NCBI GenBank assembly: GCA_951406725.2
Contig: OX597817.1
Location: 133,672,001 to 133,736,000, forward strand
DNA: 64,000 nucleotides
Source of the DNA: Octopus vulgaris
Taxonomy: Eukaryota
Direction of reading: 5' to 3'
Of the stretch, positions 1 to 13,459 are shown one piece after another (positions within the stretch are counted from its first letter, which is position 1; the number at the start of each line of letters is the position of its first letter). Under the pieces are notes generated by a model. The model was not told the DNA's origin, did not search any database, and was given only the letters and a program-made list of their open reading frames with translations. The position numbers and the translations under genes are program-made.

Positions 1-230
1 CAACATCACCATCATTTAATGTCCATGTCCTATGCTGGCATGAGTTGGACAGCTCTACAAGATTCGACAAGCCAGAGAACTGTGTTGAGCTCCAGTGTTG
101 GCTTTGACATGGTTTCTCTGGCTGGGATGCCCTTCCTAATGCCAGCCACTTTACAGAGTGTACTGGGTGCCTTTTTTTTCATGGTATTAGATTGTGGGGT
201 TACCAAATAACTCACAAAACAAGACCCTTT
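1..230 (-). mobile_element. (GAT)n-tailed SINE family C, partial
   Basis: Shares the GGCTGGATGCCCTTCCTAATGCCA..CCACT core and a (CAT)n tail with copies at 2518, 13111, 61203 and 63027. Confidence 0.75.
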
Positions 231-529
231 GACTGAGTTGAGATGCATTATTGATGGCAGAAAAGTAAAGTTAGTCTGTTGATTGTAGGAAAAATTGTAA
301 GGTAGTTGAGTTGCAAGTTTTAACATTTCTGGTAGATATGGCAAGACAGAAAGAGAAAACTAAACCATGCTTCCTAAAAAGGCCTGGCACTGAAAAAGCT
401 GACATTTCTAATTATACTAATAACTTCACCCCTTGGCTACTATTTGCATAACATAATTCTAGTTGAGATGTATATAATGGGCCTAATGATTTCTGCTGAT
501 TACCAACTTTACTTTCGTTTATGCTATTT

Positions 530-567
<38 letters not shown>

Positions 568-1402
568 CAATTTTCTTACTTTATTTTGTTAACTGTTGCT
601 TTCTTCTATGGTTTTTATTTTTTCTGTTTCTCAGTTTAATTAAAAACAAAAATAGAAAAGGACACCATCACATTTATTGTTTAACTCATGACTTCATTGA
701 AAAAAAATCTTGTTAAAATGAGGTTGACGATAATGATAATGATGATGATGGTTGTAGTAGTTGTTTTTTTTTTTTGTAGTGATTGGTGTTGTGATGGTCT
801 TAGTGACTGAGGTGGTCATGGTGAGTCTAGTGATTGTTATCACTAATTCATTGGAGATCTTTTCTAATTTGTTTCCATTAACTCTCATTTACATCTCAAC
901 CACCACACTATCACCTCTGCCATTTCACCAACATCTCTGCACCACCAATCTCTACCATCTCTCTACTATCCACCACACCACAACCACCACCATAACCATT
1001 ACTATGCTGCTAATATTTCTGTACCAGCATAGCTAACCTTCACCATATCTCCATCTTCTCAAGCGAATGCAAGGCTAAATATCATTTACTTGGCCTCAAC
1101 AAACAGATTTACATAAAATATTAAAATATTAAACATTTAAATTTAAATGCACAGAATTAGTTTATTTTGAACATTCTAAAAACGAGCACAACAGCAAAAA
1201 AAGAACCAGATAAAAATTTTAAAAAAACCCTTTTTATTTGCCCTGTCCTGAGGCCTCTATAATTTAATACACTAACAGTCTGTCAGTAACAGGAAACTGG
1301 TTTTAAGTTTCAGGTTCCTTTCTTTGAATGTCAACAAATATTAATAGTAATATATATGACATATATTACTATTAAATCTCTGTAATTTAGAAGATGTAGG
1401 GG

Positions 1403-1917
1403 CAGGGATGGGGAAACATTTTAGAGCAGCAGATAAAAGTTTTCTAAGGTCCACGAGCAGATCACAGGTTCTAACTCTTATATCTGTGTAAATCTTGTAT
1501 ATATCTATGTATAATTTGATATACATTAATAAAGATAAGATTAACACATTAAATTAACATGTAACATCTTCATTAACACTACCACTGAATTTAGGACATT
1601 TATATTACATATGAGGCATTCTGTTTTGTTCAACTAAAGTGTAGTTGGGTCTCAAGGGGGTGGCATAACCTAGCAATATGTGTTTTATAGTGAAAACAAA
1701 ATTTCTATTCAAATGGCAATTACCGGACAATTTCTGACCATTTTAAGTTGTAGAGGAAATGTGACCTATGTCGCAAATAGGTATACGAATATTGTATAAA
1801 TTTTTATGAGTGAAAAATTTACTATATTTTGTACATTTGAGTATATCAGCCTGCAAGCACAATAAAATAGACTCATAGGCACAGTTGTGTCTGCGAGCAG
1901 GTGTTTCCCCACCCTTG
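1403..1917. mobile_element. hAT-type MITE
   Basis: Left TIR CAGGGATGGGGAAACA; the right end read as reverse complement is CAAGGGTGGGGAAACA. Flanks ATGTAGGG(G) and ATGTAGAA resemble a decayed 8-bp TSD. Confidence 0.7.
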
Positions 1918-2070
1918 ATGTAGAATAATGAATATAGCTCATAGAACCTGACAAGGAGTGGTGCTGTTGGATGGCAAGAGTTACTCTGTACCAACATCAT
2001 ATATACTTGATGGAGACCATACAAGGGCAGGTATTGCTGGATGACCAAATGGGGTTACTACTTATAGATA

Positions 2071-2442
2071 TCTCTCTATATATAAACGGCAGTTTGTCTG
2101 TGCGTGTTTCTGTGTGTCTGTCAGGTTGTACCCTCACCCTGACCACGGCTTTCAACCGATTCTGATGAAACTTGACACACACATAGCCCAATGTCATAAT
2201 TCAAAACTAACGCAGCAAAAATTTTGAAAAGTTCCCCCAGTTCTGACAAAAATCGATAAATTCGACATGGGGTCGAGAATCAGAAACACAAACCGCAAAC
2301 TGTCTAGGGGACGCAACTCCACCTTTTTTAACTAAAAAAAAATTTACCATCATTTTTTTGCTATTTTTTGGCTATAACTCTCTAAAAATGCTTTATAGTT
2401 ATTTCCCTTACAAACCTGAGCAACGCCGGGCGATACTGCTAG
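2071..2442 (+). mobile_element. Non-autonomous Helitron
   Basis: 5' end TCTCTCTATATATAAAC follows an A. A GC-rich 3' hairpin CCTGAGCAACGCCGGG (2415-2430) lies 8 nt before a CTAG end, followed by T. No TSD. These are canonical Helitron termini. Confidence 0.85.
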
Positions 2443-2517
2443 TTAGTAATAACACTAACAATTAACAATCTGCTTCTTCAGCATATATATATATATCTAT
2501 ATACATATATATATATA

Positions 2518-2942
2518 TGCTTGATGCCAGGTCCGCCTGACTGGCTCCTGTGCCAGTGGCACATAAAAAGCACCCTTTGACTGTGGCCGATGCCCGTAAC
2601 CCCGGCCTGGCTCCAGTGCTGGTGGCACATAAAAAGCATTATCCGAATGTAATCGATGCCAGGACTGCCTGATTGGTGCCCGTGCCAGTGGCACATAAAA
2701 AAGCAACATCCAAATGTAGCAGATGCCAGGCCAGCCTGACTGGCTCCTATGCTGGTGGCAGCACATAAAGAGCACCCACTACACTCTCAGAGTGGTTGGC
2801 ATTAGGAAGGGCATCAAGCTGTAGAAACATTGCCAGATCAGATTGGAGCCTGGTGTAGCCGCTAGCTCTCCAGACCTCAGTCAAACCATCCAACCCATGC
2901 TAGCATGGAAAATGGATGTTAAACGATGATGATGATGATGAT
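2518..2942 (+). mobile_element. SINE family C with four internal ~66-bp tandem units
   Basis: Four copies of CTGGCTCCTGTGCCAGTGGCACATAAAAAGCAC, then the conserved body and a (GAT)n tail. Confidence 0.85.
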
Positions 2943-3060
2943 ATATATATATATTTATATTACAGAGAATAAGTCCTAGGGTCAATTTGGTTGACTAAAG
3001 GTGCTGCTTCAGCATGGCCACAATCAAATGACTGAAAGAAATAAAAGAATTAAAGAATTC

Positions 3061-3233
3061 TGGCCATGCTGGAGCAGTACATTTAGTCAAGCAAATCGAC
3101 CCTAGGACTTATTCTCTGTAACCCTAGTACTTATTCTATCAGTTCTTTTGCCAAACTGCTAAGTTACAAGGATCTAAACACACCAGCATTGGTTGTCAAG
3201 CAATGATGGGAGGACAAACACAGACACACAAAC

Positions 3234-3294
<61 letters not shown>

Positions 3295-3466
3295 TATATT
3301 TATGACAGGCGTCTTTCAGTTTCCGTCTACCAAATCTACTCACAAGGCTTTGGTTGGCCTGAGGCTATAGTAGAAGACACTTGTTTAAGGTGCCACACAG
3401 TGGGACTGAACCTGGAACCATGTGGTTAGTAAGCAAACTACTTACCACACAGCCACTCCTACACCT
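3061..3466 (-). mobile_element. tRNA-derived SINE family B
   Basis: Minus-strand head with A box (TGGCTGTGTGG) and B box (GGTTCAGTCCC), internal TA/CA microsatellite, colinear with the copy at 56961-57349. Confidence 0.85.
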
Positions 3467-4094
3467 ATATGTATATATATAAACACACACACACATATAT
3501 ATTCATTTGTGTGTATATGTAGGTATACATTTGTGGTGCCAGGTAAAAAGCACCCAGTCCCCTCTGGAAAGTGGTTTGTGTTAGGAAGTACATCCAGCCA
3601 TAAAAGTACTTGCCTCTGGCTTGCAAGCTCCTTACAGATCACCCAAACCATTCTGCCATGGAAGGCTGACACTAAATGATAATGATGATCAAGTGATACT
3701 TCACAAATTCAAAAACTAGCTTCTTTCTTTCAATCCTGACTCAAAGCAAGTGTTTGTAACTTTTAAACTGTCATCTTGAAGCTAAAGACTATAAACCTTG
3801 CTTTTTGTATTGAGTTTGTATTTTCTTTGTCTGTAAACAAACATTTACTTCCTTTGAATATGTAATTATCATCTCATCATTTTAATCTCTACTTTTCCAA
3901 TGGAATTCATTGAGGTAGATTTTCTACAGCTGGATGCACTTCCACTTGCCAACCCTCACTTGTTTCCAAGCAAGTTGATGTTTCTCCCTAGTTTCTAACA
4001 TTCTCATGGAAGATTGCAAATAAATGATGCTATTTGTTTCCCAGGGATGTAGTGTTGCTTGTTGACACTTAACATAAAATGTCAAGACAAAGGA

Positions 4095-4126
<32 letters not shown>

Positions 4127-4962
4127 TCATGCACATGATGAGATTTTTTCTAGTTTCTTTCAGTGAAATTCATTCACAAGGCGTTGGCCAGTCAGGGATA
4201 TAGTAGAAGACATTTGACTGTGTTACCACACTGTGGGACTGAACCTAAAACCACATGGTTGCAAAGTGGACTTCTTAGCCACACAGCTAAGCCATGTGTG
4301 TATGTAAGTATGTGTGTGCGCAAATAAATTGGCACTCTATCAGTTATGACGACAAGCATTCCAGTTGATCCGATGAATGAAACTGCCTGCTTGTGAAATT
4401 AACATGCAAGTGGCTGATCACTCTACAGACACACATACCGTTAATGTAGTTCTCAGAGAGATTCAGCATGACACAGAATGTGACAAGGCCGACCCTTTGA
4501 AATACAGATACTTCTCATTTTTGCCAGCTGAGTGGACTGGAGCAACAAGTGTCTTGCTCAAGGCTACAGGGCATAGCCAGAAATTGAACTCATGACCTAA
4601 CAACCATGAGCCATACCCTAACCACTAAGTCACACTCACACACACATACATAGTGATTATTAAAATGGTACAGCAAGGAAAACAGGGCAGTTGGATTTAC
4701 ATGCAATGGAAATGACATTAATTTTTGGTTTTTTTATTCAATTGCTATAAATTGAGTGAATACCATTTTATTGAGTGTATACCTAAATTTTGAAAACACC
4801 GTTAAGAAAACAGGTTAAGAAAGAAAAGATTATGCTTGTCAGATATGAAGAGCTGAGAATCATGAATAAGTAAGCATGTGTGTGTGTGTATGAGAGTACA
4901 TGTGTGTTTGTGTTTAAGTATAGATCCACAGATACAAACTTATTTCATCCACATTGTACATA

Positions 4963-5212
4963 CAGTAATCCCTTGCCATTTCATGGTTCACCAATCACGG
5001 TTCACCTGCCGCGGCTCACCTATTGCAGTTTATTATTTAAGCTTGTCGATTCCTCTGTGGTGTTGTTTTGTATTTATAATAAAACAAACATATACAAATT
5101 ATTAAAATAAAAGCAAAAAAATTTACAGTACAGTACTGTTTCTATGTCGTGGATTTTCACCTGTCGCTGGGGGTTTTGGAACATAACACACGTAACAGTC
5201 AAAGGGTTACTG
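4963..5212. mobile_element. Tigger/pogo-like (Tc1/mariner superfamily) MITE
   Basis: TA|CAGTAATCCCTTG ... CAAAGGGTTACTG|TC terminal inverted repeats; the right TA TSD is mutated. Confidence 0.7.
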
Positions 5213-5919
5213 TCTCTATACAAATATACACATTCTACATTTGCTCTTTGTTTTCATTCATAAGCATTTCTCCCTAGAATTTCCAAAATATATTACTACC
5301 ATCATCATCATAGTTATTGCCACTGCTGCCATCACCATCACCATCCTCAACAACAAATTACAACAGCAACACAAACTATGCTTTCTTAGCTAATAGTCTG
5401 TTCCATTATATTGAGTTCATCTACCTAGATTAATCTACCTTTGTTAATGATAAATAAAATATCCTTTTACTGTCTGAAATATTTCCAAACTTGTTGGTAT
5501 ATAAATATAAATGGTTTCACTTCTATTTGTTTTCATGCTCCACCACCACCACAACCACCACCTCAACCACCATCACTGTTTCACACTCAACACTACCACT
5601 CACCTCGTCATCTTTATCACCCAATAATATGTACACTTGATAATTAAATTCCACAAGGTAATGTTTGGTTTTGTAGTTTGTAACAGTTCATAATTAAATC
5701 ACTATTGGGTATGAAAACAAGACTTCATTTCAAAAGAGCTTCTCTACTTAGTACTAATGTAAGACTGGCTAACAGAAATAACTAACTATATTAATGAAGT
5801 AGGCAATGGTCTTGGTTCTTGTATATAACATCATTATTGTTAGACTTTTATAGCTTTTTAAAAACTGAACACTGTACACATAGTGGAAATCAAACAGACA
5901 TTTGTTGGTGTTGGTGTTC

Positions 5920-6105
5920 TTTAGCCATAGGTCACTTCTGATAGAACAAACCTATGATCTGCCTATCATTGACGTTGTTTAGCCACTGATCATTTCTGAA
6001 AGAGCAGACCTAGTATCTGGCTATTGCTGTTATATTTTAGCCCCTGCTCAGTTCTGATAGAGCAAGCCTCTCATGGAAGCATTCCATCCATGCCCATCCT
6101 GTCTT
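5920..6105. repeat. Old dispersed repeat family D, here with three ~58-bp tandem subunits
   Basis: TTAGCC..GGTCA.TTCTGATAGAGCAGACCTATGATC occurs three times. Related fragments lie near 9430, 20940, 23610, 36860, 43648, 47645 and 59400. Confidence 0.6.
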
Positions 6106-6389
6106 TAGTTTGGTTTTCATTCATTATCATTTTTTGATTTCTTGGAGATCTGTCTATTATTTCTAACAGATTATGCAATGGTACCAGTGCCTGTTATTGT
6201 CAAGGTCTCTATTCATAGAGGTTGTACAGGTTTGGAAAAAATGAGCAAATGGAGAATATTTGGAAGAAGGTAGAGAAATCAGGTTGGCTTATCTGAGATT
6301 TTTCCATTATTGTAACATGTGCTGTGTGAAAGGGATGCCAAGAAAGATAGGAGAGATAGAGATTGCACGAGGCATATTTGTATGCCTTT

Positions 6390-6589
6390 TACCTTCTAAT
6401 TTGTTTCAGTCATAAGACTTCAGCCATGCTGGAGCACTCCTTGAAGGAGTTTTAGTCAAATATGAATCAACCCTAATTCTTTTTTTTTAAGCTTGGATCT
6501 GCTACGTTATGGGGACATGAAAAACACATCAACACCAGTTATCAAGCTGCAGTGGGGAACAAGCATGATGCAAACACAGCCACACACAT

Positions 6590-6656
<67 letters not shown>

Positions 6657-6810
6657 GGGCTTCTTTCAGTTTTTGTCAACCAAATCTATTCACAGGGCTT
6701 TGATTGGCCCCAGTCTATAGTAGAAGACACTTGCCCAAGGTGCTACACAGTGGGGCTGAACCTGGAACTATGTGGTTGAGAAGCAAGCTTCTTCCAACAC
6801 AGCCATGCCT
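6390..6810 (-). mobile_element. tRNA-derived SINE family B with long internal (CA)n
   Basis: Colinear with the 56961-57349 copy. Confidence 0.8.
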
Positions 6811-9800
6811 GTTAAAATATGGAAGCCATCCTGGGGATAGAAAGAGAGAAGGGGAGAAAGGTAGAAGAGATGAAAGAAGAGAAAAAGGCTCATAAAGTGA
6901 ATAATCTGACATGTTTCTTTTTTTCTCCAACTTCATTTTGTTATTGTTCTTATTATGAACATGTTTAATTGCTCATTTTGCACCCACCCTTATCCTGCCC
7001 CACCACCTATACTCAAAGTTTTTACTTCCTTCACTTTCCTCTTCACTTCTCTCTGAGTGTCAGTAAGAAAACTGCCCCCCCCCCCCCACAACACTCTACC
7101 TACTGGGACTGTATCCTGGGGATTAATGGTCTCGTACACAAGGTAATAAAGTAAGTCACAGTAACATACATAACTTAGATGCTCATTTATTACCAAAATT
7201 AAGAATCTGCTGCCTACATACTAAATTCTTCCAGTCCATGTCAAGTCACCCTTTGTGCTTCTGATAACATGTAACCACCAGTACAACCTTGCTTGTTGCA
7301 TGGTCATGCCATTAGCATCTAAACCAATAACCCTACTCAGTCTGGTTGAACATCCAGTAGGATGAAAAGTAGGATGAAAAGCAAAACTGCTCAAAGGGTG
7401 AATGAACTCTATTGAGTTAACAGCCATCAAACAGCGGGGAGTGAGTGAATCCTAGCCTTTGTTTAGACTTCTCTCTGGAAGGAAAACACTGACAACTGAA
7501 ACTTCATCTACATTCAGTGATGTTGACTTGCTCTACACAGGGCCAGTGAAACTGTGCAAGGCCTTTCCTCACTTTAAAAGCTTCAGACACCAGCAAATCC
7601 ATCATCGTCGTGATCAACGTCATCCTTTAACTTCCACTTTTCCATGCTTTTTGTGGATTGGACAGAATTCCTCAAGGTAGACATGGCTGGATGCTCTTCT
7701 TGTTGCCAACCTTCATCTGGTTCCAAATAAGGTAATATTTCCCCATGACACTGCTTGTCTGATGGCAACTCTCAACTACAAGTATCATGCAATGGCAAGC
7801 TATAGAGACATTAACACACACACACACAAAAGTTTCTTTCAGTTTAGCTTTACAAAATCTGCTCCCAAGGCTTTGGTTGACCTGGTGCTATAGTAGAAAA
7901 TGCTAAACTGTGAAGCTGAACTGAAAACCATATGGTTAGGAAGCAAACTTCTTAACCACATAGCCAAGTCTGTACCTTATATATTTTTTTATTGTACCTT
8001 ATACAATTTATCCTTCCAATTTTTAAGACTGTGCAATATGATTTGAAGGAGCTTTGGTTACTATTTCGTACAAGTCTGTCAACTAATTGCTCCCTCATTG
8101 GCTTCAAATACACCTGTTGGCTCATAAAAAAAGCTACTTTTTATGTTTTTAGCCAATGTTATATTTGCAGGAATGAGGCACAAACGGACCCAAAGATTTT
8201 GCATTCAGTGATCCAACCATGTTAATAGTAAAAAGGAATTTCGCAACAATCATACATATGTTTTATATTATATTACATTATATAGGAAGACAAAGTAGTT
8301 ATCACAGCTCTGACTACCACATGACTGTCAAGTATGTAATGATGTGTTGTCATTGGCTACAGCATGACCAAGTATCAACAGATATTATAGTATGAAAGAC
8401 ATTGAGTTGAAAGACCAGACATAGTCACATACTGCTGCTTACGCTGTGCAGAGAAATAGCAAGTTTTCCAGCCATTATCTACGAAGGAATCAACCAAAAG
8501 TCACATTTACATTACTTATTGATTATACGTAATTTAGCCAATTACCATACACATACATATACATTAACCTACTAACACACATAATGTAACTGGTAACTAG
8601 ATAATCACTAACAAACTGGTGACATATATCCCATGTAGCATTGCTTAATGAGTATAGATGCACTGAAAATTGATGGCTATACACACAGACACTCACATAC
8701 ATACACATAATCCTATTTTTTTTTTTTTGTATACACTGACCAGTCATCTACATATAGTGTTGATTCATCTGTTACTGTGAATCAACTGTGTCTGTGTGGT
8801 AAGTATATACCTGCATGCTGGATGTAGTTTACATATCCACAAGTGACATAATCTCATAGAAACTAGATTATAACTGCTTTTACAGAAAGCTGTTCACACC
8901 AATTCATAGATACACACACACAAACTTGCTATTAACTGCACATACTATGTAAAGCTAGTGACCATATCTATTGTGAAAATATTTCCCATCGATCAGTTAT
9001 CAATTACATTATTAGCAGGTGACCTGGTTTTGAACACCGAATAAATGGCTACTGCTTTCGTCTAAGGTTGCAACACTGAGAGATTAAAATTTAAAGACCC
9101 CTAACTGAACTGAAAATAATGAAGATAATTTAATTGATTACTTAGTGAATGACGCTTTTAGAGAAACTGTTATAACATCTAAGTTTTATTAACTAGACCT
9201 CATGCAATATTAGCAACAGTGATGGGTATTTTAGAAACACATGCAATGTTAGTATCAGAGTCAGTTGCTTTAAATTTTTTTCTTTCTTTGATGAACTCGA
9301 GATGTTTTTTGAAAGACAACTGGCGAGATATTGTTTTGCCCCCAAGTTGTTTCTAACAAGACAAACTTTTAATCAAATACCTTCCAGTAATGACAATCTC
9401 AGAAAGCTACATCACCAAATGCACCTTTCCAATTTTAAAAGTGTAAGATGTGATTTGTGGAAGACCTGGCTACTATTTCTACCAGGTCAAGTAACCTCAT
9501 AGAGGCTCCTTCATGGGCTGACTCAGCTGGGGTATGATTTGAAGTGATGGAATGAAACAAATAATTGCCATGCCCATCCCTAAAACATTTTTTCTATTTG
9601 AGCAACTTGAATATTGTTCATTCATTGACTGTGGATAAGAAGTTTCATAAAATTAATGTCATGCTTCACTAATTACACTCTAGAAGGGTTTGTAAGAAAA
9701 TAGTTGAGAGACACAATTGTCAAACTATTCGGATTTGATGATATACACTGCATTCATGATGTATGATTGTCTTTAAACAAACAATTCTCTACCAGAGATC

Positions 9801-11269
9801 TGTAGAATATGAGTGAATTGTTACTTAGATAAAATCTGCTGTAACACTTGTAATTATGGCAACATCATTAGAAAAGTGTAATGTGAAAACTAGGTTGTGT
9901 GTGTGTGTGTGACTCAAATAGCAAGATGTGATGTATTGATATGTTTCAAAGCTATAATCTAATTCATTTGTTAATGGTAGATAGGAGGTGGATTGATGTG
10001 CTTTAATGGTATACCTTAACTTGCATGTTTACACATACATGCACACACACACACACATCATCGTCATCATCATCATCATCATCATCATCATCACTGTTTT
10101 AATATCTATACTTGCATGAACCAGACAGAATTTGTTAAGGCAGATTCTCTAAAGCTGGATGCCCTTCTTGTAGCCGGACCTTACTTTTACCAAGGCTGAT
10201 ATTAATTCCCAACACTCATATTTTTACAGAAGATTGGAAGCAAAGAACACTGCTTTCTGTTGCTGACACTAGTTTACAAATGGCTCTTGTGATGGTGATG
10301 GTGATAGAATCGAATTGATAGTATGAGGGGAGATAATATTACATATTCAATTAATTAGAATTACACACATTAGGAGGAGAAAAAATTCATTAGAGTGAAT
10401 AATTAATTCTGGTCAAGAATGACAAAGGAGACAATTTTGATACTGGAATTAATTAAAAATTGAATGCAAATGGCATGCAGTGAGGAACGAGTGTGATCTT
10501 TGGTTAATAATGTGAAAAATCTGGATATGTTTTGCTTTTATGAGACCTTCTCAGTGAAACAAGATTCTAGATGAGTGAGAGATATAAAGATTTGGAGCAA
10601 ATGAACATTGACGATTGTAATGAATAATTGGAGTTTGGTGGATTACCCAAGCATGCCCTCTGTATGGAAAATACATAACAGGGTTGTCAAACATGACACA
10701 ACAGCACTTTTTAGTCCAGAGCCAGGTTCATTTTTATTAAAAAAATATTATTATTTTTCCAATTTTAAAATATTCTGTAAAATATGATTCACTACCAAGA
10801 GTTCAGTGTCAGATCCTAACTGGAGTTATATTTAATATTGGTTCCAATTAACCCAATGAATGCACTTTAGAAATATTTTGTTATCTTAACCAATGAAAAC
10901 GAGACTCATGAATCCATATATTTAAAGATGTGATGTATTTCCCCTTCACTTTGTCTATGTGCAGCAAGTCAAACAAAAGCCTTGTTTTTTTTTCTTTTCA
11001 ATTTTATACATGTGTTCATCCAATTAGACTCCACTGATATGAATGAAAAACGAAAGGTTTTTAAACACAGAAATGCTCTGAGCTTTCTATCAAACATTGG
11101 TCTTCTCAAGAACTGTATGCATTCATTAAAATAACTCTGTCTTCATTTTTACTCTAAAGACTTTTATATGATAAGGCTATATAAATGCTGTGTGGATGAG
11201 TCTTTCCTACATAAACTCTGCTAAAACCATGTTCGCTTGTGCTGTTTATTCATTTACTTTGCCTGTTAT

Positions 11270-11284
11270 TATACATACATATAT

Positions 11285-11372
<88 letters not shown>

Positions 11373-11457
11373 TTTTTAGCAATATCTGTCTGCATGAGAT
11401 GCCTGACACATAATTAATTCAGTGAGCCAAAATATGACTAGCTCATAAATGTATCTG

Positions 11458-11530
<73 letters not shown>

Positions 11531-11787
11531 ATATATATATATGTGTGTGTGTGTCTGTGTGTGTGTGTGTGTGTATAATATATATATATATATATATAAT
11601 ATGCTTAGTATTGTAGCATAAGTCTGTGTGTACCTTGTTAAGTTGCATCAATAAAAACTTTGCTAACAATGCAACATGAATGTTTTTGTCCAACTTACGA
11701 GAAATAACATCCAAATTCTCTTCAAATTACAGCCTACCATTTTTAATTGTATTTTTATATAACCTTACAAATTGTATCTTTATATAT

Positions 11788-11882
<95 letters not shown>

Positions 11883-11886
11883 TATA
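11270..11886. repeat. Microsatellite cluster (TA, CA, TCTA, TG)
   Basis: Visible directly; source of the [10 protein letters not shown] pseudo-ORFs. Confidence 0.95.
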
Positions 11887-12511
11887 TTTTTACACTTCCC
11901 AACAAAATGGGATGGTCATGTCTGGGATGCCTTTGGTCATAGGTTTGTTTAATCTGTGCTGAATACATCATTTCATATTAAAAATAAAGCCTTCCATTAT
12001 TTAGACAAGAGTTTTGGTTTTATTTATTTTTTCATGTGAGGAGAGAAAATGATGTTTTGTTAGATCCATGGCTTGAAGTCAGAGTTTCTATTTATTGATT
12101 GAATAATAGTGCATTGTTATTAGACAGTTTTTATTATGAAATGTTGATAATATATAATTAATTACTATTATGATGGTGTTGATAACTTCAAACCATTTAT
12201 ATGTTACATAGTTAATAAAGCTTGCTGGTGGCTCTACTATTTTTGCTGGTTTGTTTCCAACCAATATCAGCAATCAATTCCCAGTGTTGTAGAAGATAAT
12301 CATTAAAGAGGAGGATAGTCACCAGGTCGATAAACTAAAGCATGGCCATAGAGCAAGGACTGAAACTAGGAAATGGTCAGGGATATGCACAGACAGACGC
12401 ATACACACATGCATGCATGTACATGCACAAACAAAAACATAAAGAGGGTAGCAGAAGGATAACAAGAGAGCTGTTTAACTCTTCAGTATCTCGATTACTT
12501 TATCAAATGTA

Positions 12512-12780
12512 TTGGCTCCTGTGCTGGTGGCACTCAATAAGCACCCTTCATGCGTGGGTCATTGCCAGTGATGCCTTACTAGCTCCTGTGCCAGTGGCAC
12601 ATAAAAAGCACCCACTACACTCTTGGAGTGGTTGGCATTAGGAAGGGCATCCAGCTGTAGATACATTGCCAGATAAGACTGAAGCCTGGTGCGGCTTCCT
12701 GGCTTGCTAGTCCCCAATCAAACTGTCCAACCCATGCCAGCATGGAAAACGCACGTTAAACGATGATGATAATGATGATG
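12512..12780 (+). mobile_element. SINE family C
   Basis: Same body as the 2518 copy, with a (GAT)n tail. Confidence 0.8.
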
Positions 12781-13077
12781 ATTGCTTATTTATACACATT
12801 GTTTTGAATTAATCCATACATTATCTCATAGTTTTAAGTCTTCAATTATGTGACTGTATGACAAGACTATGTTTTTAGTTATATCTACAATTCATCTGAC
12901 AGACAGTTTCTTTCTCTTTATTTCACTCATAAGATTTTGGCTAGCCCTGTCTGTAGAAAATGATATTTATCCAAGATGCCATATAGTGGGATTGAACCTG
13001 GGACCTCATGGTTGCAAAGTAAGCTTCTTAACCAATTGACCATATATATATATACATATATATATACATATATATAT

Positions 13078-13108
<31 letters not shown>

Positions 13109-13110
13109 AA

Positions 13111-13362
13111 TCGTCATCATCGTTTAACATCCGTTTTCCATGCTGGCATAGGTTGGACAATTCAACTGCAGTCTAGGAAGCTAGGAGGCTGCACCAGGCT
13201 CCAATCTGATCTGACAGTGTTTCTACAGCTAGATGTCCTTCCCAATGCCGACCACTCCGAGAGTGTGATGGGTGTTTTTCACGTGCCACCAGCACAGAAG
13301 CCAGTAGAGGTGGCTCTGGCATCAGCCATGTTCGGATGGTGCTTTTGACGTGCCACCAGCAG
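13111..13362 (-). mobile_element. SINE family C
   Basis: Reverse-complement match to the 12512 copy, forming an inverted pair ~330 bp apart. Confidence 0.8.
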
Positions 13363-13459
13363 TGGGGTAAACATACATGCATACATACGTACTCACACGC
13401 ATACATCCACACACACACACACACACACATTGATGTGTCTGCTGTGTAATTATTTGCCT

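Noticed and set aside
2518-2780. CRISPR-like repeat-spacer pattern
   Set aside because: The linkers are homologous to each other, the units are part of a dispersed SINE, and there are no cas genes in this eukaryotic context.
8759-8786. Short hairpins (here, 25012-25035, 38225-38244, 59741-59762) as miRNA precursors
   Set aside because: Stems of only 8-10 bp, expected by chance in AT-rich DNA.
10679-10725. hAT left TIR CAGGGTTGTCAAAC (similar right end near 53888-53900)
   Set aside because: No nearby partner TIR or TSD; at most solo fragments.
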